32,000 nt of DNA from Candidatus Woesearchaeota archaeon (GTDB lineage Archaea > Nanobdellota > Nanobdellia > SCGC-AAA011-G17 > GW2011-AR20). How positions within the stretch are numbered: position 1 is the stretch's first letter; the number at the start of each line of letters is the position of its first letter. The stretch covers positions 1 to 32,000 of the forward strand of contig JAGVYZ010000018.1 in assembly GCA_018303025.1 (NCBI GenBank), written 5' to 3'. The notes beneath the pieces are model-generated. The model was not told the DNA's origin and searched no databases. It saw nothing but the letters and a program-made list of their open reading frames with translations. Shown piece after piece: positions 8,136 through 17,919 of this stretch. Position numbers and translations under genes: made by a program.

Positions 8136-10595
8136 ATGGCAAATGCAAATTTTTCCCAAATAGAGAAAAAATGGCAGAAAAAATGGGAAGAAGCAAAGAT
8201 TTTCAAAACAGAAAATTCTTCTAATAAGAAAAAAGTATATGTTTTAGAAATGTTTCCCTATCCTTCTGGTTATGGCTTGCATATAGGTCATGCATTTAAT
8301 TATACTATTGGCGATATTTATGCAAGATTCAAAAGAATGAATGATTTTAATGTTCTATATCCAATGGGATATGATGCATTTGGCCTACCAGCTGAAAATG
8401 CAGCAATAAAAGCAAAAGAACATCCAAAAACATATACAGAAAATGCAATTAAGAATTTTATTCAACAGCAAAAAATGCTGGGTTTATCTTATGATTGGTC
8501 TCGATTAATAACAACATCCTCCCCAGATTACTACAAATGGAATCAGTTTTTCTTCTTAGAATTATTAAAAAAAGGATTAGTTTACAGAAAAAAAGCAGCA
8601 GCAAACTGGTGCCCAAAATGTTCTACTGTTTTAGCAAATGAACAAGTCCATAATGGAAAATGCTGGCGCCATGAAGATACAAAAGTAGAAATAAAGCAAT
8701 TAGAACAATGGTTCATTAAAACAACAGCATACGCAGATGAATTATTAGAATATGTTCCCAAATTAGACTGGCCAGACAGGATAAAATTAATGCAAAAAAA
8801 CTGGATAGGAAAATCTTATGGTACAGAAATAGAATTCAAAATAAATAATCAACCATGGAAAATATTTACAACAAGGCCAGATACAATTTATGGAGTTACT
8901 TTTATGGTTGTTTCTTCTTCTCATCCAAGATTAAATGAATTAACAACAAAAGAGCAAAAAAAGGAAGTTGATAAATTTTTAGAAAAAATAAAATCAACAA
9001 AAGAAGAAGATATTGCTTTATTAGAAAAAGAAGGTGCATTTACAGGTTCTTATGCAATAAACCCATTGACAAATAAAAAAATTCCTGTTTGGGTAGCTAA
9101 TTTTGTTATTGCAGAATATGGTTCAGGAATGGTTATGGCAGATGCTCACGACCAAAGAGATTTGGAATTTGCTCATAAATACAAAATAAATTTAATTGAA
9201 ACTATTTTACCTGAAGATGGAAAGTCAAGCAATCCAAATAAATCAAAACGTGCTTTTACAGATTATGGAGTTTTAGTTAATTCTGGAGAGTTTAGTGGAT
9301 TAAAAAGTAAGGAAGCAATTGAAAAAATTACAAATCACTTGGAGAAATTAAATTTAGGTAAACAAAGCATCCAGTTTAAATTAAGAGACTGGCTGGTTTC
9401 AAGGCAAAGATATTGGGGAACACCTATCCCAATAATTTATTGTAAAAAATGTGGAATTGTTCCAGAGAAAAATCTGCCTGTTAAATTACCAGAAAATGTA
9501 AAATTCGGAATAGGCAATCCATTAGAAACAAATAAAGAATTTACAGATGTAAAATGTCCAAAATGTAATTCAAATGCAAAAAGAGAAACAGACACAATGG
9601 ATACTTTCTTTGATTCATCTTGGTACTTCTTTAGATTCACAGATCCAAATAATAAAAAAGAAGCATTCAAAAAAGAAATAACAAATTACTGGCTTCCAGT
9701 AGATATGTACATTGGTGGAGCAGAGCATGCATGCATGCATTTGATTTATGCAAGATTCTTCACAAAAGCATTAAGAGACTTAGGATATACAAAAATAAAC
9801 GAACCTTTCTCTAGTTTATTCAACCAGGGTATGGTTCATGCTAATGATGGAAATAAAATGTCTAAATCATTAGGAAATGTAATTAATCCAAATGACATGA
9901 TTGAAAAATATTCAGCAGATATTCTAAGATTATACTTAGTTTCAACAGCCCAGCCAGATACAGATTATGCATGGTCTGATACAGGAATAGAAGGTTCATC
10001 AAGATTCATAAATAAAGTAGTAGAATATTTTAACATAGTAAAAATAGGAAAAACAAGCAAAAAAGCAGAAAGCAAGATTAATTCAAGCATAAAAGAAATA
10101 ACAAATAATATTGAATCATTCAAATATAATATAGCTGTAATTAAATTAAGGGAATTATTTGAGTCATTAGAAAATGAAACATCAAAGCAGGATTTGGAAT
10201 CTTTCTTAAAATTATTATCTGTTTTCTCACCACATTTAGCAGAAGAACTATATGAAAAACTAGGCAATAAAAGTTTTATTTCATTAGCAAAATGGCCAAT
10301 AATAGATGAAAGCAAAATAGACAAAAAATTTGAAATACAAGAAAAAGCATTAGAAACAACAATTTCAGATATTAACAATGTAATAAAAATAATCAAGGAA
10401 AAAGAAAACAAAGAGCCAACTAAAATATATCTCTATATTATACCAAATGAAAAAGACAATTACAATGAAAAAGAATTAGGTAAAAGATTGCAAAAGCAAG
10501 TAAAAGTTTTCCTAGTCAACGACAAAAATAAATACGACCCTCAAAATAAAGCATTAAAAGCAAAGCCAAACAAACCAGGAATATATTTAGAATAA
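8136..10595 (+). CDS. leuS: leucyl-tRNA synthetase, bacterial-type architecture
   Basis: HIGH (LHIGHAF) and KMSKS motifs. The N-terminal about 250 aa are collinear with E. coli LeuRS ([60 protein letters not shown]). Confidence 0.95.
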   Translation: MANANFSQIEKKWQKKWEEAKIFKTENSSNKKKVYVLEMFPYPSGYGLHIGHAFNYTIGDIYARFKRMNDFNVLYPMGYDAFGLPAENAAIKAKEHPKTYTENAIKNFIQQQKMLGLSYDWSRLITTSSPDYYKWNQFFFLELLKKGLVYRKKAAANWCPKCSTVLANEQVHNGKCWRHEDTKVEIKQLEQWFIKTTAYADELLEYVPKLDWPDRIKLMQKNWIGKSYGTEIEFKINNQPWKIFTTRPDTIYGVTFMVVSSSHPRLNELTTKEQKKEVDKFLEKIKSTKEEDIALLEKEGAFTGSYAINPLTNKKIPVWVANFVIAEYGSGMVMADAHDQRDLEFAHKYKINLIETILPEDGKSSNPNKSKRAFTDYGVLVNSGEFSGLKSKEAIEKITNHLEKLNLGKQSIQFKLRDWLVSRQRYWGTPIPIIYCKKCGIVPEKNLPVKLPENVKFGIGNPLETNKEFTDVKCPKCNSNAKRETDTMDTFFDSSWYFFRFTDPNNKKEAFKKEITNYWLPVDMYIGGAEHACMHLIYARFFTKALRDLGYTKINEPFSSLFNQGMVHANDGNKMSKSLGNVINPNDMIEKYSADILRLYLVSTAQPDTDYAWSDTGIEGSSRFINKVVEYFNIVKIGKTSKKAESKINSSIKEITNNIESFKYNIAVIKLRELFESLENETSKQDLESFLKLLSVFSPHLAEELYEKLGNKSFISLAKWPIIDESKIDKKFEIQEKALETTISDINNVIKIIKEKENKEPTKIYLYIIPNEKDNYNEKELGKRLQKQVKVFLVNDKNKYDPQNKALKAKPNKPGIYLE

Positions 10596-10609
10596 AGGAG
10601 AAAATCAAT

Positions 10610-10936
10610 ATGGAACAAAACATGACATCAACAACCTTCCAGATAGAAGGTTATAAAATTGTAAAAAGCTTAGGTGTAGTAAGAGGCATTATAGTAAGAT
10701 CTCGTTCATTAATAGGAAATATAGGTGCAGGAATTCAGGCTCTTTTTGGAGGCAATATAACATTGTATACCTCTCTCTGCGAAAGAGCAAGAAAAGATGC
10801 ATTTGAAATGTTGATACGCCATGCAGAAGAATTAGGAGCAAATGCAATAATTGGAATAAGATATGATGCAACAGAAATAGCAGGCGGTATTACAGAAGTT
10901 ATTTGTTATGGAACAGCTGTTGTAGTAAAAAAATAG
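10610..10936 (+). CDS. YbjQ/UPF0145 family protein
   Basis: [12 protein letters not shown]...[40 protein letters not shown]...YGTAVVV matches the UPF0145 pattern. SD AGGAG lies 14 nt after the leuS stop, so probably co-transcribed. Confidence 0.85.
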   Translation: MEQNMTSTTFQIEGYKIVKSLGVVRGIIVRSRSLIGNIGAGIQALFGGNITLYTSLCERARKDAFEMLIRHAEELGANAIIGIRYDATEIAGGITEVICYGTAVVVKK

Positions 10937-11001
10937 TTTCTAAATTTATTTAATTTTGAAGCTATCGCTATATTTAAAAGTTTTTTGATTAATATTTCTT
11001 T

Positions 11002-12672
11002 ATGCCAAGAAGAAGTATAGGAAAAATACCAAGAGTAACTGCAACACCCGATATTCTACATCCAAAAGAAATAGAAATTGAAGAGGAAAATATAGAAATC
11101 ATATGGGGAGGAGATGAACAAAGTATAATTAAGGGACTTGAAGGACCTAAGTTTGTTCAGGATTTAGGACTTAGTGCTGTTTTACAGAAAGGAATTGACT
11201 TAAGTACTCCAAAATGGAGAAAAAAAGACGATGATGATGGAAGGTGGGAAGCAAAAAAAAGAACAGATTTTACACAATTAGAAGCTTCAAGAATTATAAA
11301 TAAAATATTTACAGCTCCAGCAGATATAGAAACAGCTAATTATAGATTGGATGTTTTTGATTACTTATTAAATAATCCCGAAGGATTTTCAAATTTTGAA
11401 AGAGTTTTCAAAAATTTAAATTCATTAATTACCCAGGGATTACAAAGAGAAAGAAGAAGTGAAGAAGATATTTGGACAAGAATTGCAAATTATGGACTTA
11501 TTTTTAATATAACAGAAAATTATATTCCATTTGGAAAAAATGCTCCTGAAGCACTACAAAGAATGGATGAATATTTTGAAGCATTAAAAAAATCTCATTC
11601 TCATAGAAAGATGGGAGAACTTGCTTCTAAATTAAGCCAACCTTATGATATAAATTTAAGAGTAAGAGTAGATCCTACTAATCCCAATAAATATGATAAT
11701 TATCCATGGGTTGTTTCTGCTTCTGTAGTAAGAGCTTCAGAATTTTCTGGAGAATTTGGAGATAAATTTAGATTAGATGAAAGATATGAATTAGATAATA
11801 ATTATAAATCAAAAAAACCAGTTAGAGAAATACTTCAAAGAGCTATTGAATTAAAATATGAAAGACATCTTAATGATACAGCAGGACATATTGCTTCTAC
11901 ATTAAGATTATTTGAACCAATGTTAATTTACATGGGATACTTACAATTTATGAAGCAACAACAAGAAAGAGGAATACAATTTTCAAGACCCAAATTTGCA
12001 GAAGATGGAGAAATATTAGATGCAAAAAATCCTTTAGTTACAACAGAACCAATAATTGGAAATGATATTAATTATAATCCAAATGATGTAGTTAGAGTTA
12101 TTACTGGCCCAAATAATGGAGGAAAAACTGTTTATGTTAAAACAGTCGGAATAATTCATGCATTAGCTCAAATAGGATTTTATGTTCCATCTCCAAATGC
12201 AAGATTAAGATATATTAATAATATTTATACTCATTTTGTAAATCCAGACGATATTGCTAATGCAGAAGGAAGATATAAAAATGAAATGAGAAGAATGGAC
12301 GAAATATTCAAAGGTGTTACTCCAAATAGTTTAGTTATTCTTGATGAACCTTGCGGAGGTACTACCATAGAATCAGGCGTCAAAATAAGTTGTGATTTTC
12401 TTAGAGCATTTGGAAGATTAAGAAATGTTACATATCTGACCACTCATATGAGTGCAGTTGCAGATGCTGTAAGTTCTGATTCTATTCCTAGATCAAAAAA
12501 TCTTCATATGCATATGCAAGATGATGGAACTCCAACTTATGAACTGAGAGAAGGAGCATCTCCCATGCATTATGGTGATTTTATTCCAAATCAAATGGGA
12601 TTAGATGATAGAGCTTTATCGCGTAGATTATCTAAAAGAGCTGCTAAAGAAGGATTTCCTTTTGAAAAATGA
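11002..12672 (+). CDS. MutS-family ABC ATPase lacking a mismatch-binding domain
   Basis: C-terminal MutS domain V: ITGPNNGGKTVYVKTVGIIHALAQIGFYVPS (Walker A), EGRYKNEMRRMDEI, LVILDEPCGGTT (Walker B), YLTTHM. Upstream core-like helices (DIETANYRLDVFDYLLNNPE). No MutS domain I motif seen. Confidence 0.75.
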   Translation: MPRRSIGKIPRVTATPDILHPKEIEIEEENIEIIWGGDEQSIIKGLEGPKFVQDLGLSAVLQKGIDLSTPKWRKKDDDDGRWEAKKRTDFTQLEASRIINKIFTAPADIETANYRLDVFDYLLNNPEGFSNFERVFKNLNSLITQGLQRERRSEEDIWTRIANYGLIFNITENYIPFGKNAPEALQRMDEYFEALKKSHSHRKMGELASKLSQPYDINLRVRVDPTNPNKYDNYPWVVSASVVRASEFSGEFGDKFRLDERYELDNNYKSKKPVREILQRAIELKYERHLNDTAGHIASTLRLFEPMLIYMGYLQFMKQQQERGIQFSRPKFAEDGEILDAKNPLVTTEPIIGNDINYNPNDVVRVITGPNNGGKTVYVKTVGIIHALAQIGFYVPSPNARLRYINNIYTHFVNPDDIANAEGRYKNEMRRMDEIFKGVTPNSLVILDEPCGGTTIESGVKISCDFLRAFGRLRNVTYLTTHMSAVADAVSSDSIPRSKNLHMHMQDDGTPTYELREGASPMHYGDFIPNQMGLDDRALSRRLSKRAAKEGFPFEK

Positions 12673-13191
12673 TTATTTAATTTTAGCATATAAAAATTCA
12701 TCAACAATTTTTCCGTCTTTAAATATATTTTTTCTTAATCTTCCTTCTAGAATAAATCCATTTTTCTCTAAAACCTTGCAAGAGCCAGGATTGTATTCAA
12801 AAACATAAGCTTGCATTCTTATAATATCAAAATTATTAAAAACATAATCAAGAACTAATTTTACAGCTTCACTCATTATTCCTTTACCCCAATAGTTTTC
12901 ACCTAACCAATATCCCATTTCAGCTGTTTTTTTACTATTTAGATCAAGAACTCTAAAAGTAATGCCTCCAACTACCTTATTATCAATAGTTATTGCAAAT
13001 CTAGTCTTTTTATTTTCATTTTTATTACAATCTTTAATCCATTTTTTAGCATCTTTCAAAGTATAAGGATAAGGAAATTTATCAAGTAGATTAATCCATA
13101 TTTTCTTATTGTTTGCATTTTTAGTTAAAGAAATTTCATCGCCTTTCTTAAAAGGTCTTAATACAAAATTCTTTTCTTTCAAAACAACCAT
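12673..13191 (-). CDS. GNAT N-acetyltransferase, RimJ/RimL-like
   Basis: Typical layout: LRPFKKGDEISL..., GGITF, GYWLGENYWGKGIMSEA, CKVLEKNGFILEGRLRK. Its stop abuts the mutS-like stop with zero spacer. Confidence 0.8.
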   Translation of the reverse strand: MVVLKEKNFVLRPFKKGDEISLTKNANNKKIWINLLDKFPYPYTLKDAKKWIKDCNKNENKKTRFAITIDNKVVGGITFRVLDLNSKKTAEMGYWLGENYWGKGIMSEAVKLVLDYVFNNFDIIRMQAYVFEYNPGSCKVLEKNGFILEGRLRKNIFKDGKIVDEFLYAKIK

Positions 13192-13293
13192 CCAAGATAA
13201 AGAGATTACTTATTTTTATTTCTTGTGTTTTTCTTTAACAGGTTCATTCTGATTTCTTTTAGTGCAGGTTTTCTTATAAAAGAAAAAGTGCCC

Positions 13294-14799
13294 TTATTTC
13301 TTTTCAACATGAGGTTTCCAAACTCGGGAAATTTTATCTTTTTTACTTTCCTCATCTAAAAACTTTTTAACTTTTTCAGGTAAGATTGCATCAAACTTGC
13401 TTCTCTCTTTAATCTTGTTTAATTTCTCTTTAAGTTCTTTTGTAACAACATCATAAAAATCAGGTTTAAAATATATTAATCCGTCTTTTATTCTTTGAAA
13501 AGCAGCACTTCCATCAGGAGCAAATACCATGTAGCCTCTTTTTCCTTGTAATAATTCAGAAAAAGTATCCATCCCAGAATAAACCCTTTTATAGTCAGCA
13601 TAATAAACTCCGCCAGATTTAGAGCTAGGGTCTAATAACAATAATTCATCACCTATAACTTCTAAGCATACAGAATAATGAGCTCTTTTAGCATTAGGAA
13701 ACAAAACATTTTTCTTGTAATCCACAATAGCTAATCCTCCATCCTTAAGCCAGGATTTCAATTCTTCTCTTAAATTATATATTTTCTCAGAATCTATCCA
13801 TACTCCCAAAACTTTCTCTTTAGTCAATTCTTTAACAGATTTAATTATATCTTCAGGTTTAGTCCCAGCAGCCATATTTTCATCCTTTCTTACAATAGTT
13901 CCAGCTAATTTTCCTATTTCTTCTTGTGAATAATCAAATCCAAATATCTTCAAAATCATAGAAGCAGAAGCAGGTCCGCAATAGCTTGGATGTTGTGCAA
14001 CATATTTTTCTTTTATTTTTTCTAAAGTATCAATCTTAGTAACAACCTTCTTGAAATAAAATCCTTTGTTAAAAACTTCTTTATGAGGCATAAAATAATA
14101 TATTCCATCAGTTACATTCATAACAACTCCTTGAGTATTAATTTCAGTAATTTTCATGAGTTTTTCATCAACTTGAATATACTCTCCTTTCCTAAAAAAT
14201 CTATAATATTTCAAAAAAAATCCACTAAACAAGTTCACCATAGGATCCTTTAAACCAATAAAAATAAATAACAATAATAATATCAATACAGGATACAAAA
14301 CATAACTCAAAAAATAAGTTATTGCACTTATGTCAACATTAGCAATCTGCAATGCAATCAATCCAAATGTAATGTAAAGTAATATTTTCAAAATATCCAA
14401 AAATATTTCAAGCAAATGTTCTTTTCCATATTCATTTACCAAGCTTATTAATCCAGCTCTTTTCAAAAATTGTTTAACTATAAAAAATATGAACTGAACT
14501 ATTAAAACAACTAAAATAAAAACAAGTATTGAAGATAATATGACTGGTGCATATCTATAGAATCCTACAAATGTGTTAAAATTAAAATCAATCTGCAAAA
14601 AGCTTAATGCAATTATTATTGTAAATATATTCACCAGATAAACAACATATTTTGCAATATTTGGTTTTTCAAGATTAGCACCATGTTTTTTTCTATAAAC
14701 AGCCAATAATATCTTTTCAACAAGTTTTGATAAAAAGAATCCTAATGAAATTATAATAAAGCTTACAAGTAGTTTAGAACTTATAGTCTCGAATGCCAT
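13294..14799 (-). CDS. MscS-like membrane domain fused to a papain-like (peptidase C39-like / phytochelatin-synthase-like) domain
   Basis: 5-6 N-terminal TM helices, then LFSGFFLKYYRFFRKGEYIQVDEKLMKITEINTQGVVMNVTDGIYYFMPHKEVF (cf. the MscS pore-helix/beta-domain signature). C-terminal Cys/His/Asp pattern QHPSYCGPASASMIL ... AHYSVCLEVIGDELLLLDPS. Confidence 0.7.
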   Translation of the reverse strand: MAFETISSKLLVSFIIISLGFFLSKLVEKILLAVYRKKHGANLEKPNIAKYVVYLVNIFTIIIALSFLQIDFNFNTFVGFYRYAPVILSSILVFILVVLIVQFIFFIVKQFLKRAGLISLVNEYGKEHLLEIFLDILKILLYITFGLIALQIANVDISAITYFLSYVLYPVLILLLLFIFIGLKDPMVNLFSGFFLKYYRFFRKGEYIQVDEKLMKITEINTQGVVMNVTDGIYYFMPHKEVFNKGFYFKKVVTKIDTLEKIKEKYVAQHPSYCGPASASMILKIFGFDYSQEEIGKLAGTIVRKDENMAAGTKPEDIIKSVKELTKEKVLGVWIDSEKIYNLREELKSWLKDGGLAIVDYKKNVLFPNAKRAHYSVCLEVIGDELLLLDPSSKSGGVYYADYKRVYSGMDTFSELLQGKRGYMVFAPDGSAAFQRIKDGLIYFKPDFYDVVTKELKEKLNKIKERSKFDAILPEKVKKFLDEESKKDKISRVWKPHVEKK

Positions 14800-14877
14800 A
14801 TTTATAAAAAATCATTAATCATTTAAAAATCTTATCTTGAGTTTCTTTAGAGGAATTTGTTCATCTTAGGTTCTTTC

Positions 14878-15132
14878 CTAAACTTTTTTCTTTCCCTGTT
14901 TTTCTTCCTGAAGGTTCTTTCCTAAAGAAGCTTCCTCAGGAATAATAACCCATGCAATAATATAAGCAATTAATGCAGCGCCAAAAGATGCAATTAGCAA
15001 AAATACAAAGATTACTCTAACAATAACAGGGTCTATTTCAAAATATTCAGCAATACCACCGCAAACCCCGCCAAAGATTTTCTCTTTATTGCTTCTATAA
15101 AGCCTTTTTACATCTTTTGCCATAAAAGACAA
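14878..15132 (-). CDS. PspC-domain membrane protein
   Basis: LYRSNKEKIFGGVCGGIAEYFEIDPVIVRVIFV plus a TM helix is the PspC domain signature. Confidence 0.8.
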   Translation of the reverse strand: MSFMAKDVKRLYRSNKEKIFGGVCGGIAEYFEIDPVIVRVIFVFLLIASFGAALIAYIIAWVIIPEEASLGKNLQEEKQGKKKV

Positions 15133-15174
15133 AGTAAACCAAAGTTTATAAAATCTTTTAAATTAAAATTAAGA

Positions 15175-16089
15175 ATGAAATTTCCAAAACTAAAAAATAA
15201 AGCAATCTTAGCTCCAATGTCAGGAGTTACAGATATTGCCTTTAGAGAATTAGCAAGGAAATATAGTGCATCTTTAACATATACAGAATTCATCCATTCC
15301 AAAGCAATTCTTCATAATAATAATAAAACAAATGAAATGTTAAAAATCTCAAAATTAGAAAAGCCAAGTGCAGTCCAGATTTTCGGAAATTCAGAATCAG
15401 ACATTCTAGAAGCAGCAAAATTACTAGAAAACAAATTTGATATAATAGACATAAACTGTGGCTGTCCAGCATATAAAGTAATCAAGACAGGAGCAGGCTC
15501 AGCATTATTAGATTATCCAGATAAAATACAATCATTAATAGAAAAATTAGTAAAAGAAATAAAAAAGCCAATTACAATTAAAATCCGTTCAGGAGTAAAA
15601 GAAGTAAATGCATTAAAAATAGCAAAAATAGCAGAGCAAGCAGGAATCTCAACATTAACATTGCATGCAAGAACTCAAAAACAAGGTTATTCAGGAACAG
15701 CAGATTGGAATTTAATAAAAAAAGTAAAAGAACAAGCAAATATTCCAATTATAGGCAATGGTGATATTTCAAGTCCAGAACAGTTCAAAGAAAAATTAGA
15801 ATTTTCAAAAGTGGATTATATTATGATTGGAAGAGCCTCAATAGGCAATCCATATTTATTTCAACAAATAAATGATTTTTTAAAAACAGGCAAATATAAA
15901 CAAAAATCAAAAGAAATTCAATTTAAAGAATATCTAAAATTAGCAATAAAATACAATTTAGACTTTTCTCAAATAAAGAATCAGGCAATTTACTTCACAA
16001 AAGGCATGGAGAATTCAGCTAAATTAAGAAATAGCTTGGTTTCCTGCAAGAATATAGAAGAAATAAAAAACCTTTTTAAACTATCATAA
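15175..16089 (+). CDS. dus: tRNA-dihydrouridine synthase
   Basis: ILAPMSGVTDIAFR, VQIFG, IDINCGCP, ITIKIR, LTLHARTQ, IPIIGNGDI are canonical Dus motifs. Confidence 0.9.
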   Translation: MKFPKLKNKAILAPMSGVTDIAFRELARKYSASLTYTEFIHSKAILHNNNKTNEMLKISKLEKPSAVQIFGNSESDILEAAKLLENKFDIIDINCGCPAYKVIKTGAGSALLDYPDKIQSLIEKLVKEIKKPITIKIRSGVKEVNALKIAKIAEQAGISTLTLHARTQKQGYSGTADWNLIKKVKEQANIPIIGNGDISSPEQFKEKLEFSKVDYIMIGRASIGNPYLFQQINDFLKTGKYKQKSKEIQFKEYLKLAIKYNLDFSQIKNQAIYFTKGMENSAKLRNSLVSCKNIEEIKNLFKLS

Positions 16090-16101
16090 AAGATTTATTT
16101 T

Positions 16102-16854
16102 ATGGAAAAAATCCAGGTAATAGTGTTAGCAGCAGGAAAAGGAAAGCGTATGAATTCAGAAGAAATTCCTAAAGTTTTAATAGAAATAAACAACAAACCA
16201 ATAATAAGTTATGTTTTAAAAGCAATAGAAGCAAGCAAAGTTTGCAAAACATCAGCTATTGTAATAGGTTTTCAAAAAGAAAGAGTAAAGCAAACATTAG
16301 GAAATAACTACATTTACATTAATCAAGAACAACAACTGGGAACAGGCCATGCAGTAAATGTCTGTAAAGAAGCTTTAGAAAATAAAGCAGAAAATATTTT
16401 AGTTTTATATGGTGACCATCCTTCAATAACAAGTTCAATGGTTAAAAATTTAGCAGAATCTCACTTAGAAAACAACAATGTTTTAACATTAGGTACAATA
16501 AAAGTAGATAATTTTGAATCTTGGAAAAAAGCTTTTTATGATTATGGCAGGATAATAAGAAACAATAAAGGTGAAGTTTCAAAAATAGTAGAAAAAAAAG
16601 ATTGTAGTGAAGCTCAATTAAAAATAACAGAAGTCAACCCAAGTTATTTCTGCTTTAATGCAAACTGGCTTTGGAAAAACTTAAGTAAAATAAAAAACAA
16701 TAACTCACAAAAAGAATATTATTTAACAGACCTGCTTAACCTGGCTTTTATCCAAAACCAAAAAATAACAGATGTATATATTGACCCAAAAGAAGGTTTA
16801 GGTGTAAATACTCTAGAGCAATTAAATGATGTAAAAAACTTATTGTTCAGGTAA
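16102..16854 (+). CDS. sugar-1-phosphate nucleotidyltransferase (GlmU N-terminal-domain-like, no acetyltransferase domain)
   Basis: VIVLAAGKGKRMNSEEIPKVL, QLGTGHAV, VLYGDHP. Confidence 0.8.
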   Translation: MEKIQVIVLAAGKGKRMNSEEIPKVLIEINNKPIISYVLKAIEASKVCKTSAIVIGFQKERVKQTLGNNYIYINQEQQLGTGHAVNVCKEALENKAENILVLYGDHPSITSSMVKNLAESHLENNNVLTLGTIKVDNFESWKKAFYDYGRIIRNNKGEVSKIVEKKDCSEAQLKITEVNPSYFCFNANWLWKNLSKIKNNNSQKEYYLTDLLNLAFIQNQKITDVYIDPKEGLGVNTLEQLNDVKNLLFR

Positions 16855-17232
16855 AGGAGAAGGAATAGCCCCAGAAGATAAATAAAACATTGTTTTTGTA
16901 TTATCTCTATCAGTAACATAAAATTCATATTCACAATTTCCTACAGGTAATTGTAAAAAATAGTCTGTAAGGGAAGAAGTATTAAACTCAATATAACCAC
17001 TAACAATAGTACTATCTTCTTTTTTAGCAGCATAATCTATTCTCAAAATTCCATTTAAATCTTTAACTAAAAAGCCTAGTTTATTACCATGTTTAACCCA
17101 ACCCACATAACTTGGAGAGTTAGTAGAATCAGAAACAACAGTAGTTTCTAAAAGCATGGGAACAGGTTCAATCTGTGGTTTAGCACATCCCATAACAGTC
17201 AATAAACCTAAAGTAGCAAGGATAGTTCTCAT
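16840..17232 (-). CDS. putative lipoprotein (lipobox)
   Basis: MRTILATLGLLTVMGC lipobox-like signal. The 3' end overlaps the convergent nucleotidyltransferase by 15 nt. The ATG is 25 nt from the TTTATAA box shared with the 5S gene. Confidence 0.6.
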   Translation of the reverse strand: MRTILATLGLLTVMGCAKPQIEPVPMLLETTVVSDSTNSPSYVGWVKHGNKLGFLVKDLNGILRIDYAAKKEDSTIVSGYIEFNTSSLTDYFLQLPVGNCEYEFYVTDRDNTKTMFYLSSGAIPSPLPEQ

Positions 17233-17253
17233 AAAAAAGAATAAACAAAAAAC

Positions 17254-17260
17254 TTTATAA
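17254..17260. promoter_or_regulatory. TATA box (TTTATAA) shared by the divergent 5S rRNA and lipoprotein genes
   Basis: Centred about 26 nt upstream of the 5S 5' end (about 17283) and about 25 nt upstream of the minus-strand ATG at 17232. The whole divergent spacer is about 50 nt. Confidence 0.5.
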
Positions 17261-17281
17261 ACCTAACATTATCGATAATAT

Positions 17282-17401
17282 TAAGACGGCCATAGGGGCT
17301 TGGTCATATCCGATCCCATTTCGAACTCGGTCAATCAAGCAAGCCTCCGTTTCAAGCTGTACTGCATTTTATGCGGGAACCTCGAAAAGCTGTCTGCCTT
17401 A
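17282..17401 (+). rRNA. rrf: 5S ribosomal RNA (archaeal-like), not linked to 16S/23S in this window
   Basis: GACGGCCATAG...CCGATCCCATTTCGAACTCGG...AAGC...GTACTGCATTTTATGCGGGAAC...GCTGTCTGCC matches conserved 5S helices and loops. The termini pair (TAAG.ACGGC / GCTGT....CTTA). Local GC island. Confidence 0.88.
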
Positions 17402-17505
17402 TATTCTCTCTGAGTCAAAAAAGCTCTTCTAAGCAAAATTTATATATTCTCAAAAATCTATATTACCTATAATATTATAAACAAAAATACGGAGGTAAAG
17501 ACAAA

Positions 17506-17853
17506 ATGGCAAAAGAATATAGCCTTGGTGGTATATTATTTACAGTAGGCTTGATTTTAGCAGCTATAATCGCTGTATTTAGTTATGCAAATACACCAAC
17601 ATGGGCAATAATAACAATAGCATTGCTAGGTTTAATAGTAGGCTTGTTAAACGTAAAAGACAGTGAGATGCAGATGTTCTTGATAGCATCAATAACATTC
17701 TTAATAAGTTTCCAGGCATTGAGCAATGTATTTACTACATTAGCCTTAGGTTGGCAGGCAATAGCTAGCTTCTTTGACTTAATGAGTCTATTTGTAGCAC
17801 CTGCAGCAGCTGTTGTAGCAGTAAAATCATTGTTTAAATTAGCAAGAGACTAA
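17506..17853 (+). CDS. small integral membrane protein (3-4 TM)
   Basis: Hydrophobic segments throughout. SD GGAGGT 10 nt upstream of the ATG. Confidence 0.65.
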   Translation: MAKEYSLGGILFTVGLILAAIIAVFSYANTPTWAIITIALLGLIVGLLNVKDSEMQMFLIASITFLISFQALSNVFTTLALGWQAIASFFDLMSLFVAPAAAVVAVKSLFKLARD

Positions 17854-17861
17854 ATCTCTTG

Positions 17862-17880
17862 TTTTTTTTCTTTTCTTTTT
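17862..17880 (+). terminator. oligo-T tract (archaeal-type terminator candidate)
   Basis: TTTTTTTTCTTTTCTTTTT lies directly after the stop of the 17506..17853 gene. Confidence 0.5.
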
Positions 17881-17919
17881 ATACATAAACTTTAAATCCT
17901 AAACAAATTAAAATTTTGT

